A stretch of 32,000 nucleotides of DNA from Candidatus Saccharimonadota bacterium (GCA_965228485.1 OZ245819.1:900001-932000); one strand, 5' to 3'; counted from the stretch's first letter, positions 17,265 to 26,316 are shown. Notes: generated by a model from the sequence alone, not told the origin. Program-made: numbers and translations.

Positions 17265-17620
17265 GAAGCTTCATCTAAGATCAAGAAGACGTCTTCTCCA
17301 ACCGACAAGATTCCACAGTTTAGATATTTCAATACACTTCGGTTGAATTCAAAATCGTTAAAATGTTTTTGAATATGCCATCCATTCTTTTTTGAGAGAA
17401 TAAGATTAATCCGCTTTTTGCCATTTGAGGCCGTGATTTGGGGATGTTGGGCCGGGGCTCCATCTTCTTCTCGGAATTCTCTCCCAATTCTGAAATATAT
17501 TTTAGGATTTCCTTGTTCGTCAAAATAGCAAAACCTTCCTGGAGCAACTTCCTCAAGACTTTTTATGTCTTGGAGGGTTAGCCAGGATGGCTCTTCACAA
17601 ATTTCAGGGGTATCAAGCAT
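17261..17620 (-). CDS. Hypothetical protein (119 aa), translationally coupled to the upstream beta-CASP gene
   Basis: Its ATG shares one base with the TAA of the upstream gene (TAATG at 17618-17622). No recognisable motifs. Confidence 0.5.
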   Translation of the reverse strand: MLDTPEICEEPSWLTLQDIKSLEEVAPGRFCYFDEQGNPKIYFRIGREFREEDGAPAQHPQITASNGKKRINLILSKKNGWHIQKHFNDFEFNRSVLKYLNCGILSVGEDVFLILDEAS

Positions 17621-19125
17621 TACTCGTTAAAAAATTTTTCTACTTCGGCAAATAGTTCACATTCATCACAAAACTGTACAGAAATAGGATTTTTTTCGTG
17701 CGTCTTCACAAAGCGTTTGTCACTGGTAAGTTCATATATTTCTCCTGGGAAAGGAATATGAATTTCAGCGTCTTCTTTAACGTTGCTAAGTTCAGACATT
17801 TTTTCAGCTAGAGCCTGTTGTTGTTTAGGTTCTCCATGAACGAGGAAAATATCTTTCAGGTTTCCAGCATTTTCTGCGAAACGTAGTAATCCTTTTTGGT
17901 CTGCGTGTCCAGAAAAAGCATTATAGATTTCTACTAGGCAATTTACATCGTGAGGTTCTCCAAAGATATTTACAGGAGTTTCCCCTTCTACCAATTTACG
18001 CCCAAGAGTATTTTGTGCTTGAAATCCTACAATGAGGACAAGGTTGTCTTCGTTTGGGACGTGATTTGCTAAGTGATGTCGAATTCGTCCGAATTCACAC
18101 ATTCCACTCGCAGAAATGATAATACAGCTGCCAGGAAAATCATTCAGGGCTTTTGATTCTTCGACATCTTGAGTGAATTGAACCCCGTCTCCATCCGCAA
18201 AAGGGTCTACTCCTTCACGAATAAGTTTAGCGAGTTCGTCGTCGTAACATTCTGGATGAATGGCGAATACTTCTGTTGCTACTTTTGATAGTGGCGAGTC
18301 CACAAAAATTGGAATATGAGGAATCTTATTTTCTTTTAGAAGTTTTCTGAGCATATAAAGAATTTCTTGAGTTCTCCCCATAGCAAAAGCTGGAATGATA
18401 ATTTTCCCGTTTCTTTTGTGAGCATCTCGAATAGAGGCGGCGAATTTTTCTTCGACATCTTTGATTTCATCATGTAGACGATCTCCGTAGGTTGACTCTG
18501 AGATTAGAATATCAAGATTTTCTAGTTGTTCAGGGTCTTTTAGGATTGGAAGATTTTTTCGTCCTAGGTCTCCTGTAAATCCAAATCGGATATTTTGAGC
18601 TGTATCCTCGTCGTAAATTTCCCATTCTTCAACGGCAGAACCAAGAATATGGCCAGCATCTTTAAAGGTTACTTTTGCGTCTTTTGTGACTCTTACCTGG
18701 TGGTGATAAGGGACAGACCTAAAAAATGAAATAGCTTTTTCTGCATCAGCTACGGTATAGAGCGGTTCTGCGTTTGGATCTTTTCCTTTTTTCTTTATCC
18801 ATTCAGCATCTCGTTCTTGAATATAAGCAGAGTCTTTTAGCATTACTGCGCAAAGATCTCGAGTGGCATGAGTACAGTAAATAGGTCCCCGAAATCCTTC
18901 TTTAATTAGTAGTGGAATAGCTCCACAATGGTCAATGTGTGCATGAGATAATACCACCGCATCAATGCTGGAAGCATCAAAAGGAAATTGAGCATTCCAT
19001 TTAGCTGCTTGTTTTCGTTTTCCCTGAAAAAGACCACAATCAAGAAGGATCTTTTTTCCGTTTAAATGAAAAAGATGTTTTGAACCGGTTACGTGTCGAG
19101 CTGCGCCTGAGAATTCTATTTTCAT
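17620..19125 (-). CDS. MBL-fold beta-CASP family ribonuclease (CPSF73-like, non-RNase J type)
   Basis: HAHIDHCG (HxHxDH), FTGDLG (motif A), SGHADQ (motif B), VHGE (motif C). Confidence 0.85.
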   Translation of the reverse strand: MKIEFSGAARHVTGSKHLFHLNGKKILLDCGLFQGKRKQAAKWNAQFPFDASSIDAVVLSHAHIDHCGAIPLLIKEGFRGPIYCTHATRDLCAVMLKDSAYIQERDAEWIKKKGKDPNAEPLYTVADAEKAISFFRSVPYHHQVRVTKDAKVTFKDAGHILGSAVEEWEIYDEDTAQNIRFGFTGDLGRKNLPILKDPEQLENLDILISESTYGDRLHDEIKDVEEKFAASIRDAHKRNGKIIIPAFAMGRTQEILYMLRKLLKENKIPHIPIFVDSPLSKVATEVFAIHPECYDDELAKLIREGVDPFADGDGVQFTQDVEESKALNDFPGSCIIISASGMCEFGRIRHHLANHVPNEDNLVLIVGFQAQNTLGRKLVEGETPVNIFGEPHDVNCLVEIYNAFSGHADQKGLLRFAENAGNLKDIFLVHGEPKQQQALAEKMSELSNVKEDAEIHIPFPGEIYELTSDKRFVKTHEKNPISVQFCDECELFAEVEKFFNE

Positions 19126-19152
19126 CGTTTTTTGTGTTTTTTATTAAGGCTT

Positions 19153-19181
19153 ATTATAGCGGATTTGAAGGTTTTAATCAA
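19153..19181 (-). promoter_or_regulatory. Promoter: TTGATT, 17-nt spacer, TATAAT (minus strand)
   Basis: -35 at 19181-19176 and a perfect -10 at 19158-19153, 27 nt upstream of the beta-CASP ATG at 19125. Confidence 0.55.
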
Positions 19182-19228
19182 TGATCTAAATCACTAATTT
19201 GCTCTTTTTGAAAAAGAAGGAAGAATTT

Positions 19229-19356
19229 GGTTGCTGGCTCAAATTTCTAATCTTAGGGCTTGCTTGCTAAATTTTAAAAACTCGATTCGCTCAGACACCT
19301 TAAAATTTTACGCTCACTGCACTGCTAAGATTTTACGAAATTATCGCTGAGCAACC
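19229..19356. repeat. Imperfect long inverted repeat (about 128 nt) in the pyrF / beta-CASP intergenic region
   Basis: The left arm GGTTGCT..AATTTC..AATCTTAG (19229-19256) pairs with its complement in the right arm (19325-19356): blocks of 7+6+8 bp with internal loops. The apex is AT-rich and self-complementary. Confidence 0.4.
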
Positions 19357-19370
19357 GATTCGGGTAACGT

Positions 19371-20312
19371 TTATCGTTTTTGTGCTTCCCAGAGTTTTTG
19401 GGCTTCGGCTTTGGCGGCGTCTAAATAGTCTTCGTTTGTGCTGGCGTACAGGATCCCTCGTGAGACGGGGATTAGAATTCCAAGGCCGTCTTCATCTCGA
19501 ATGGATAAAACATCTTCTATTTTTCCGCCTTGAGCGCCGACTCCGGGAGCGAGGATCCAGGTTGATTTGAAAATTTTATGAAATTCTCCTAATTCTTCTG
19601 GATGAGTGGCTCCAACGACAGCTCCAATACAAGAATACTTTGTATCTTTACTTTTTAAAAAAATATTAGAGCCTTCTTCTGTAACGCCTGTTCCATCTGG
19701 TTTTGCAAGGTCTTCTGCTATGTCTTTATCCATGCCTTCAAAAATTTTAGCCCACAGCATTGCGACACTGTCACCAGAGGGCAGAGTTAAGTCTTGTATT
19801 TGGCTACTGCTTGGATTAGATGTTTTTGCTAGGATAAATACTCCTCTCCCATTTCTTAAAGCGGTTCCTATAAACGGGGTAATTGAGTTTGTTCCCATAT
19901 AAGGGGCGACCGTTACGCAGTCTCCAGCTAGAGGACTTTCAGCTCCGAGGAAAGCTTGAGAATAAGCTTTTGAGGTAGAGCCAATGTCGCCTCGCTTAGC
20001 GTCAATCATGATAATGAGATCACCGTGATTCTTCCGAGTGAAGGTAATAATATTTTCAACGGCTTTGACGCCGACTGAGCCCAGGGCTTCGAAGTACCCC
20101 ATTTGGATTTTGATACCGCAAACATACTCAGCACAAGTGTCGACCATATCTGTGCAAAACTTTTCATAGATATCGGCTTTGTCTTGAAGTGTCTCACTGG
20201 TTTTTAAGTGTTTGGGAAGCTTGTCCCAATTTGGATCCAGTCCTAGCATAAGACAAGTGTTTTTTTCTTTGATGATTTTGGCGAGGCGATCGGAAAAGTG
20301 CATTGATGTCAT
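19371..20312 (-). CDS. pyrF: Orotidine 5'-phosphate decarboxylase, type 2
   Basis: LMLGLDP, IMIDAKRGDIGST and APGVGAQGG motifs. The ATG at 20312 leaves a 5-nt gap after the upstream gene's stop at 20318. Confidence 0.85.
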   Translation of the reverse strand: MTSMHFSDRLAKIIKEKNTCLMLGLDPNWDKLPKHLKTSETLQDKADIYEKFCTDMVDTCAEYVCGIKIQMGYFEALGSVGVKAVENIITFTRKNHGDLIIMIDAKRGDIGSTSKAYSQAFLGAESPLAGDCVTVAPYMGTNSITPFIGTALRNGRGVFILAKTSNPSSSQIQDLTLPSGDSVAMLWAKIFEGMDKDIAEDLAKPDGTGVTEEGSNIFLKSKDTKYSCIGAVVGATHPEELGEFHKIFKSTWILAPGVGAQGGKIEDVLSIRDEDGLGILIPVSRGILYASTNEDYLDAAKAEAQKLWEAQKR

Positions 20313-20317
20313 AATAG

Positions 20318-20917
20318 TTAATTTTTTGGAAAAGTCTTTATTTCCCATTGGTTTTCATGCCAACGAAGAAAGGTTTCTTGGTATTTGTGGTTGGGAATGA
20401 AACTGAGTTCATTGGATTTGGCCATGGTTTCATATTTTTTGCTTGGAGGATGGTCGGAAAGAGTAATAATTCCTTCTTTAGGAACAGAGACTTCTGGAAG
20501 TTTTGTGCTTTTTTCTATTAACCAGAAGTTACTTTGACTCGATACCCTTGAATCTGTTGGGAATGATTCATAATTTGAAGCGAAAAAAAGCCAGTCAGTA
20601 TTCTCCAGCTTTATTTTCCAAACTGACTCACTAAGTCTGTGAATAGAGTTCTTTGATGTTAACCGAAAGCTTTCTTCTGGCTCCATTTCGGAGAGAAGGA
20701 CTTTTTTGGGATTGGTAAATTTTAATCGGAAGAGTTTTCCTTGGGAGATTGGCAAATTATCTTTTGGACCTTTAAATATTAGAAAATTATCAACTTTAGC
20801 GGCAAAAGTATTGTTGGTGATATAAACTTGAGTTTTTTGTGGCTGAAATGAGTAAAAAATTTCCCAACTTAAAATTAGGCTCAGTATCACACCCGTTGTA
20901 ATCCAAAATTTAGACAT
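20318..20917 (-). CDS. Hypothetical protein with an N-terminal TM anchor (199 aa)
   Basis: ORF with anchor FWITTGVILSLILSW. Its start overlaps the upstream gene by 8 nt (ATGTCTAA). Confidence 0.5.
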   Translation of the reverse strand: MSKFWITTGVILSLILSWEIFYSFQPQKTQVYITNNTFAAKVDNFLIFKGPKDNLPISQGKLFRLKFTNPKKVLLSEMEPEESFRLTSKNSIHRLSESVWKIKLENTDWLFFASNYESFPTDSRVSSQSNFWLIEKSTKLPEVSVPKEGIITLSDHPPSKKYETMAKSNELSFIPNHKYQETFLRWHENQWEIKTFPKN

Positions 20918-21827
20918 CTACGTCTTCCATCTCAATGGCTTCTTTTTTCTTTTTCAGTGTTTCGAAGCTAATCAACCAAACAGCCGTTGAAAAGACGGTT
21001 ACAATCGCCGCTAAATACGCTGTTAGAGCAATGGCGGCTATTCCGAGTAATATCGATAAAATCAGCCCTGTTGAAGAATTGAAATAAGTAATGGCGACAA
21101 AAACAGCGATGGGAAGGCCGAGTACTACAATGACATTAACAATAATCCTTAGATTTACTAGGAACATGAGAAGAAAAATTGTGAGAGTTTCGGCTAGGTT
21201 TAGGAACACAAGAGCGCCACTTTTTTTAATGGCTGATCCAACGCCTTCTTTGTCTGAGACAATGTAATAAGGAGTAAAACTCAGAAATATATTGATAATT
21301 AAAGCAATGATTATGTAGACGAAAAAGATCGGCCAGAAGTAACTAAACCAACTATCAAAATATCGGTAGAATGATGCCATAAAGAGCATAATCGATACAG
21401 GCGCAAAGATAGCAGTGAGGGCATTCAGTTCAAACAGTGGAAAGAAGAAGCTCAATCCCTGCATTAACCTTTGTCGGTTGTTGAGGTTGCTTTCTGGATA
21501 GAGACATTTTTGTTTTACGCATAGGATCAAGGTTCCTGCAATCCATGGTGGAACCACAAACATAAAAAATAGCAGAAATATAACCGCTACAATTCCAATT
21601 CCCCAAAGGCCATTTGTAGAGATAAAGGTTACAAAGGCTCCTAAGTTTTCTATGGTCAATTGACTTTCAATAACCTCAAATTTAGTAAGGTAAAGATAGG
21701 CTTGCCAGGCAATTTCTATAACAAATATAAGCACACCAAAGAAACTAGGAATCAAAACTAACCATTTAATTTTTGGATTCTCTGTGGTGAGCTGCCACGC
21801 GTCACGGATAATCTGTCCGTAGTTCAT
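20910..21827 (-). CDS. Hypothetical polytopic membrane protein (305 aa)
   Basis: Multiple long hydrophobic segments and an acidic C-terminal tail. No catalytic motif recognised. Confidence 0.55.
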   Translation of the reverse strand: MNYGQIIRDAWQLTTENPKIKWLVLIPSFFGVLIFVIEIAWQAYLYLTKFEVIESQLTIENLGAFVTFISTNGLWGIGIVAVIFLLFFMFVVPPWIAGTLILCVKQKCLYPESNLNNRQRLMQGLSFFFPLFELNALTAIFAPVSIMLFMASFYRYFDSWFSYFWPIFFVYIIIALIINIFLSFTPYYIVSDKEGVGSAIKKSGALVFLNLAETLTIFLLMFLVNLRIIVNVIVVLGLPIAVFVAITYFNSSTGLILSILLGIAAIALTAYLAAIVTVFSTAVWLISFETLKKKKEAIEMEDVDV

Positions 21828-21880
21828 GTTGGATTAATTTTAGTGATTTATATAAAAATGCAAGCCCGATGATTTACTTT

Positions 21881-21908
21881 TTGATAAATTATTTTTTTGT
21901 GATAAAAT
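21881..21908 (+). promoter_or_regulatory. Promoter: TTGATA, 16-nt spacer, TG-A-TAAAAT (extended -10)
   Basis: -35 at 21881-21886, TG at 21900-21901, -10 at 21903-21908, upstream of the ATG at 21941. Confidence 0.55.
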
Positions 21909-21940
21909 GTTAAATCAAATTATTTGATATTTAAAAATCT

Positions 21941-22555
21941 ATGACTGATCAATGTGAAGATTTAATTTTGGAAGAAGACTCCACATATATTGAGTTTAAT
22001 GCTCCAATCAATGATGAAGCAGGAAATGTTTTACTGGACCATCTAACAGATCATGTTTTTACGGAAGTGGAAAGAGTTTTACTTCATATAAAATCAAATG
22101 GAGGGTTTACAGAGTCTGGCATTCATTTGCACAATCAACTAAGAGCTCTCCCATTTAAAGTTACAACCTTTAATAGCTCTGAAATTGAGTCTGCAGCAAC
22201 GACTTTTTACTTAGGGGGTGAAGAGCGTTATGTGGGGAATGATGGGAGATTTATGATTCATGGAAGTTATTTAGATTTGAGATCGGCTAATCAGGCGCAA
22301 ATTAGAGGGGCTCTAAATAGGATTGAGAGAGATGATGATCGTATAGCGAGAATAATTGCTAGAACTACGAATATTGACGAGACAACTTTGAGGCAGATCT
22401 TTGCAAAAGGAACAGAGCAGTTATATGAGCTGGAGGAAGCTCTAACTAGTGGTATTGCTACTCAACGTGTGGCTGGAGTGAAGTTACCAAATAAGTTTAA
22501 ACATATTAGGATTTGGCAGGATGAAAATGAACTTAGAGTGAAATATAACGAATAA
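21941..22555 (+). CDS. Divergent ClpP-like (S14 family fold) protein, 204 aa
   Basis: Alignable to ClpP core signatures: HIKSNGG (INSPGG), IESAATTF (AASMG, Ser retained), RFMIHGS (imIHQP, His retained), IERDDDR (IERDTERD, Asp retained). Confidence 0.55.
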   Translation: MTDQCEDLILEEDSTYIEFNAPINDEAGNVLLDHLTDHVFTEVERVLLHIKSNGGFTESGIHLHNQLRALPFKVTTFNSSEIESAATTFYLGGEERYVGNDGRFMIHGSYLDLRSANQAQIRGALNRIERDDDRIARIIARTTNIDETTLRQIFAKGTEQLYELEEALTSGIATQRVAGVKLPNKFKHIRIWQDENELRVKYNE

Positions 22556-22585
22556 AAAAGCCCTGTAGATCACAGGGCTTTTTTG
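22554..22585. terminator. Bidirectional rho-independent terminator
   Basis: AAAAAA-GCCCTGT-(AGATC)-ACAGGGC-TTTTTT between the convergent ClpP-like gene and fusA. Confidence 0.8.
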
Positions 22586-22605
22586 TTTATTTTACTCAAT
22601 AGTTA

Positions 22606-24690
22606 TTATGCACCTTGTTTATCAGCGATAATTTTTTCAGCTACGTTATTTGGGACTTTAGCGTACTCACCGAATTCCATAGAGTATGAGGCTCGTCCTT
22701 GAGTCATAGATCGTAGTTCTGTAGCGTACCCGAACATTTCTGCTAGTGGGATTTTTGCTTTAACAAATTTAGCTAGTCCTCGGTCTCCCATTTCTTGTAC
22801 CATTCCTCGTTTAGAAGAAACATTCCCCATAACGTCTCCCATGTAGTCTTCAGGAGTAATGATTTCCACGTCCATCATTGGTTCTAGAATCACTGGATTC
22901 GCTCGTTTTGCTCCGTCTTCGAAAGCTTTGATCATAGCGATTTTGAAGGCTAGTTCAGAAGAATCTACATCATGGTAGGATCCGTCGAATAGTTCTACTT
23001 CAACATCAACCACAGAGTATCCAGCTTGAATCCCTCGAGTAACGGCTTCTTTGAATCCTTTTTCACATCCTGGGATGTATTCATTTGGAATAGAAGCTCC
23101 TTTAATAGAGTTGCTGAATTTAAGACCAGATCCAGGTTCTCCAGGTCGGATTTTGATGGCAACGTCTCCAAATTGTCCTCGACCTCCTGATTGTTTCTTG
23201 TGAGTGTATTTTGATTCTACTTCTTGTTGAACTGTTTCTCGGTAAGCTACTTGTGGCTGTCCGATGTTTGCTTCAACTTTGAATTCTCGTTTCATTCGAT
23301 CCACAATAATATCTAGATGAAGTTCTCCCATTCCAGAAATGATTGTTTGATTTGTTTCTTCGTCTGTTCGAACTCGGAATGTTGGATCTTCTTCGGCTAA
23401 TTTTTGTAGCGCTAGAGCCATTTTTTCTTGGTCTGATTTAGTTTTTGGTTCTACAGAAATAGCAATTACTGGTTCTGGGAATTCCATAGATTCCAGAACG
23501 ATTGGAGTTTTATCATTACAGAGAGTATCTCCTGTTCGTGCTCCTTTTAGTCCTACAGCTGCTCCGATGTGACCTGCTGGGATGCAGTCAATTTCTTCCC
23601 GGGAGTTAGCATGCATTTGAAGAAGACGTCCAATTCTTTCTTTTTGACCAGAAGCTGGATTGTAAACTGTATCTCCTGATTTAAGTACACCAGAGTATAC
23701 TCGCACAAACGTAATTCGTCCTACGAAAGGATCGGTAGCAATTTTAAATGAAATTGCCGCTAGAGGTTCTGAATCTTTAGCTTCAAAAGTTACATCTTTT
23801 TCTTTGTCATCTGGGTCAACCCCTTGAGCTGCTGGAACATCTAGTGGAGTTGGTAGGTAGTCTACAACCGCATCTAGAAGTGGCTGTACTCCTTTGTTTT
23901 TTAGGGCTGTACCCGTAAGAACTGGAACAAATTCTCCAGAAACTGTTGCTCGTCGGATACCAGCTTTTAGTTCTTCTTCTGTAATATCTTCTCCCCCTAG
24001 GTATTTTTCCATTAGTGCTTCATCAGAAGTCGCTACCGCTTCAAGCATTTTCTCTCTCCATTCTCGAGCAAGATCTAGTTCATCATTTGGAATATCTTCA
24101 ATTCGAACATCTTTACCCATGTCATCATGGTAAGTAGTTGCTTTCATCGTTACTAGGTCGATGATTCCGTGGAACCCACCTTCAATTCCGATTGGAAGTT
24201 GAATTGGGTAAGCATTTTTTGTTAATCGATCAATGATTGAATCGTATGATCTCCAGAAAGAAGCTCCCGTTCGGTCTAGCTTGTTGATGAAAGCCATTCG
24301 TGGAACGTTGTATTTATCGGCTTGTCTCCAAACAGTTTCAGATTGTGGTTCTACTCCGGCTACACCGTCGAAGACACAAACCGCACCATCTAGGACTCGC
24401 ATTGATCGTTCTACTTCAACTGTGAAGTCCACGTGACCAGGCGTGTCGATGATGTTTAGCTGACAATCCTGCCAGAATGCTGTTGTTGCCGCAGAAGTAA
24501 TCGTAATCCCTCGTTCTTGCTCTTGTTCCATCCAATCCATCGTTGCTTCACCTTCGTGAACTTCTCCGATTTTGTGAGACTTCCCAGTATAGAACAGGAT
24601 TCGTTCTGTAGTGGTGGTTTTTCCCGCATCAATGTGCGCGATAATTCCGAAATTTCGGACTTTGTCGAGTGGGTAGTGTTTCTTACTCAT
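22606..24690 (-). CDS. fusA: Elongation factor G
   Basis: [26 protein letters not shown] (G1), DTPGHVDF (G3), NKLD (G4). 694 aa from the ATG at 24690. The 57-codon upstream extension in the ORF track has no EF-G homology. Confidence 0.95.
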   Translation of the reverse strand: MSKKHYPLDKVRNFGIIAHIDAGKTTTTERILFYTGKSHKIGEVHEGEATMDWMEQEQERGITITSAATTAFWQDCQLNIIDTPGHVDFTVEVERSMRVLDGAVCVFDGVAGVEPQSETVWRQADKYNVPRMAFINKLDRTGASFWRSYDSIIDRLTKNAYPIQLPIGIEGGFHGIIDLVTMKATTYHDDMGKDVRIEDIPNDELDLAREWREKMLEAVATSDEALMEKYLGGEDITEEELKAGIRRATVSGEFVPVLTGTALKNKGVQPLLDAVVDYLPTPLDVPAAQGVDPDDKEKDVTFEAKDSEPLAAISFKIATDPFVGRITFVRVYSGVLKSGDTVYNPASGQKERIGRLLQMHANSREEIDCIPAGHIGAAVGLKGARTGDTLCNDKTPIVLESMEFPEPVIAISVEPKTKSDQEKMALALQKLAEEDPTFRVRTDEETNQTIISGMGELHLDIIVDRMKREFKVEANIGQPQVAYRETVQQEVESKYTHKKQSGGRGQFGDVAIKIRPGEPGSGLKFSNSIKGASIPNEYIPGCEKGFKEAVTRGIQAGYSVVDVEVELFDGSYHDVDSSELAFKIAMIKAFEDGAKRANPVILEPMMDVEIITPEDYMGDVMGNVSSKRGMVQEMGDRGLAKFVKAKIPLAEMFGYATELRSMTQGRASYSMEFGEYAKVPNNVAEKIIADKQGA

Positions 24691-24717
24691 TGTGGGTAAA
24701 ATTAGTTTTTCAGAAGA

Positions 24718-24745
24718 ATTGTAGTGATACGGATAAATTCCGCAA
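24718..24745 (-). promoter_or_regulatory. Putative fusA promoter: TTGCGG, 16-nt spacer, TACAAT (minus strand)
   Basis: -35 at 24745-24740 and -10 at 24723-24718, 27 nt upstream of the fusA ATG. Confidence 0.4.
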
Positions 24746-24747
24746 AA

Positions 24748-24761
24748 ATTCGCGCGCGAAT
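24748..24761. promoter_or_regulatory. Perfect 14-bp palindrome ATTCGCGCGCGAAT with a (CG)4 core
   Basis: Seen directly. It lies 2 nt upstream of the putative fusA -35, in the divergent intergenic region. Confidence 0.3.
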
Positions 24762-24804
24762 ATAGAGATGTAGAGACAGAGGTCAAGGGGAAAAAATATT
24801 GGAA

Positions 24805-24833
24805 TTGACTTTTTTGCAATTTTAATTTAAAAA
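24805..24833 (+). promoter_or_regulatory. Putative promoter: TTGACT, 17-nt spacer, TAAAAA
   Basis: -35 at 24805-24810 and a weak -10 at 24828-24833, 15 nt before the ATG at 24849. Confidence 0.3.
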
Positions 24834-24848
24834 ACAAAAAATTTTCAG

Positions 24849-25460
24849 ATGACTTTATCAAATCCAGAGAAAAAACTTAGAAGTTCTACTTGGCTGGGTA
24901 GAAATGAAGATGCTGTAGAATTAATAATAGAAGAACTAGGAGGTAAGACTAATCTAAGACTATGTTTTATTGGTGCTGGGGCGGTTTCTTGTATTATAAA
25001 AAAATTTCATCCACCAGGCTCAAAACATTCTTTTGGAGTACAACAAAAATTACTAAGATTTTCTTCTCGTATAGTTGATGATTTTCTCCGTAAACATGAG
25101 CTTTATTCAAATCTTATTAGTTTTGAAGTCGAAGAAATTGTTGGTGCTATAGGTGTTGAGAATATCGAGAAAGTGTTTGTTTTAGATATAGATGAGCGAG
25201 TTTTAAGTGCCGTTAATGACGCATCATCTGAAATATCTAAAATCGTTTGTGATATAAATAATCCTGGAAACGCTATCATCGATACAAGACCAGATTTAAT
25301 TATTTGTCATAATGTTTTAAAGCTTCAAAAAGATATCAATAAAGCCTTTAGCGGTTTGGTAAAGGCTTGTGATCTTTCTGGTGGAGTAATATCGCTTGAT
25401 AATGAAACCAGAGAAAAGGTTAAAGGAGAACAACTAGAAGGGGCTGATTTGGTTCTCTAA
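24849..25460 (+). CDS. Hypothetical protein, possibly a degenerate class I (CheR-like) SAM-methyltransferase fold
   Basis: [10 protein letters not shown] (G-rich loop), [11 protein letters not shown] (acidic end of strand 2), [12 protein letters not shown] (compare fDlIfCRNVLIYF of CheR). Weak, motif-level only. Confidence 0.4.
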   Translation: MTLSNPEKKLRSSTWLGRNEDAVELIIEELGGKTNLRLCFIGAGAVSCIIKKFHPPGSKHSFGVQQKLLRFSSRIVDDFLRKHELYSNLISFEVEEIVGAIGVENIEKVFVLDIDERVLSAVNDASSEISKIVCDINNPGNAIIDTRPDLIICHNVLKLQKDINKAFSGLVKACDLSGGVISLDNETREKVKGEQLEGADLVL

Positions 25461-26281
25461 CATTTGATTTTTAAAAATACTTTCACAGTATCCTTCCAAT
25501 CCTGCATCTGAGGGAGTTTGGTATTTTTGAGTACAGAATTTAGAGGGCGTTCGGCTTCAGCTCCAAAAGTTTGGGAATCGACGCGCTTGATGGTGCCTTT
25601 CCAGTTTTTGAGTTTGAGGAAATAGGCCGCAAAGTCCGCCCAACTGACAGGATCACCCGTATTTTGCAGGTGATAATGCCCGATCGGTTGTTTCTTCTTT
25701 ATAAAATTTTCGATGATAAATTCGGCAAGATCTGGAGCGTAGGTTGGACGCCCAACTTGGTCATCAATGATAGATAGTTCAGACTTTTTTTTAGCAAGAT
25801 TTGAAATAGTCGAAACAAAGTTCTTTCCTCCAGGTCCAAAGAGCCAGCTAATACGGATATTCCACCAAGAAATATCACTCACTTCTAGCACTTCTTCTGC
25901 TTGTGCTTTTGAACGTCCATAGATGCTTTGTGGATCAAGTGAATAGTCTTCAGGAATTTCTATGTTTTTTGGGGCATTAAAGACATAATCTGTTGAGAAG
26001 TGGATCATTGGAATGCCACTTTTAGTGATGTTTCTTACCGCATCGACATTCAGTGCAAAGCAGTTGTCTTTGTCTCCTTCCGCTCGGTCTACGTCGGTGT
26101 AAGCGGCACAATTGATGATTAGATCTGGTTGATGCTTGGAAAGATATTCAAGCGTGCCGGCAAAGTTTAAAAGCTGAACTTCTCCACGATGAGGAGCGAG
26201 GCACTCGATATTTTCTTGAGTGAGGACTTTTTTAAATTCGGATCCGAGTAATCCGGTTGAGCCAAAGAGGCAGATTTTCAT
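25457..26281 (-). CDS. rfbD: dTDP-4-dehydrorhamnose reductase
   Basis: N-terminal Rossmann MKICLFGSTGLLGS, STDYVF, and YGRSKAQAE (YxxxK). The ATG at 26281 is preferred over the TTG at 26329. Confidence 0.85.
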   Translation of the reverse strand: MKICLFGSTGLLGSEFKKVLTQENIECLAPHRGEVQLLNFAGTLEYLSKHQPDLIINCAAYTDVDRAEGDKDNCFALNVDAVRNITKSGIPMIHFSTDYVFNAPKNIEIPEDYSLDPQSIYGRSKAQAEEVLEVSDISWWNIRISWLFGPGGKNFVSTISNLAKKKSELSIIDDQVGRPTYAPDLAEFIIENFIKKKQPIGHYHLQNTGDPVSWADFAAYFLKLKNWKGTIKRVDSQTFGAEAERPLNSVLKNTKLPQMQDWKDTVKVFLKIKC

Positions 26282-26287
26282 AGTTTT

Positions 26288-26316
26288 ATAATAGATTATT
26301 TTGTTATATCTGCGAA
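26288..26316 (-). promoter_or_regulatory. Promoter: TTCGCA, 17-nt spacer, TATTAT, 6 nt before the rfbD ATG (leaderless geometry)
   Basis: -35 at 26316-26311 and -10 at 26293-26288 (minus strand). ATG at 26281. Confidence 0.45.

Noticed and set aside
24691-24861. 57-codon N-terminal extension of fusA in the ORF track
   Set aside because: EF-G homology begins at [26 protein letters not shown] (ATG at 24690). The extension covers the divergent promoter region and the start of the opposing gene.
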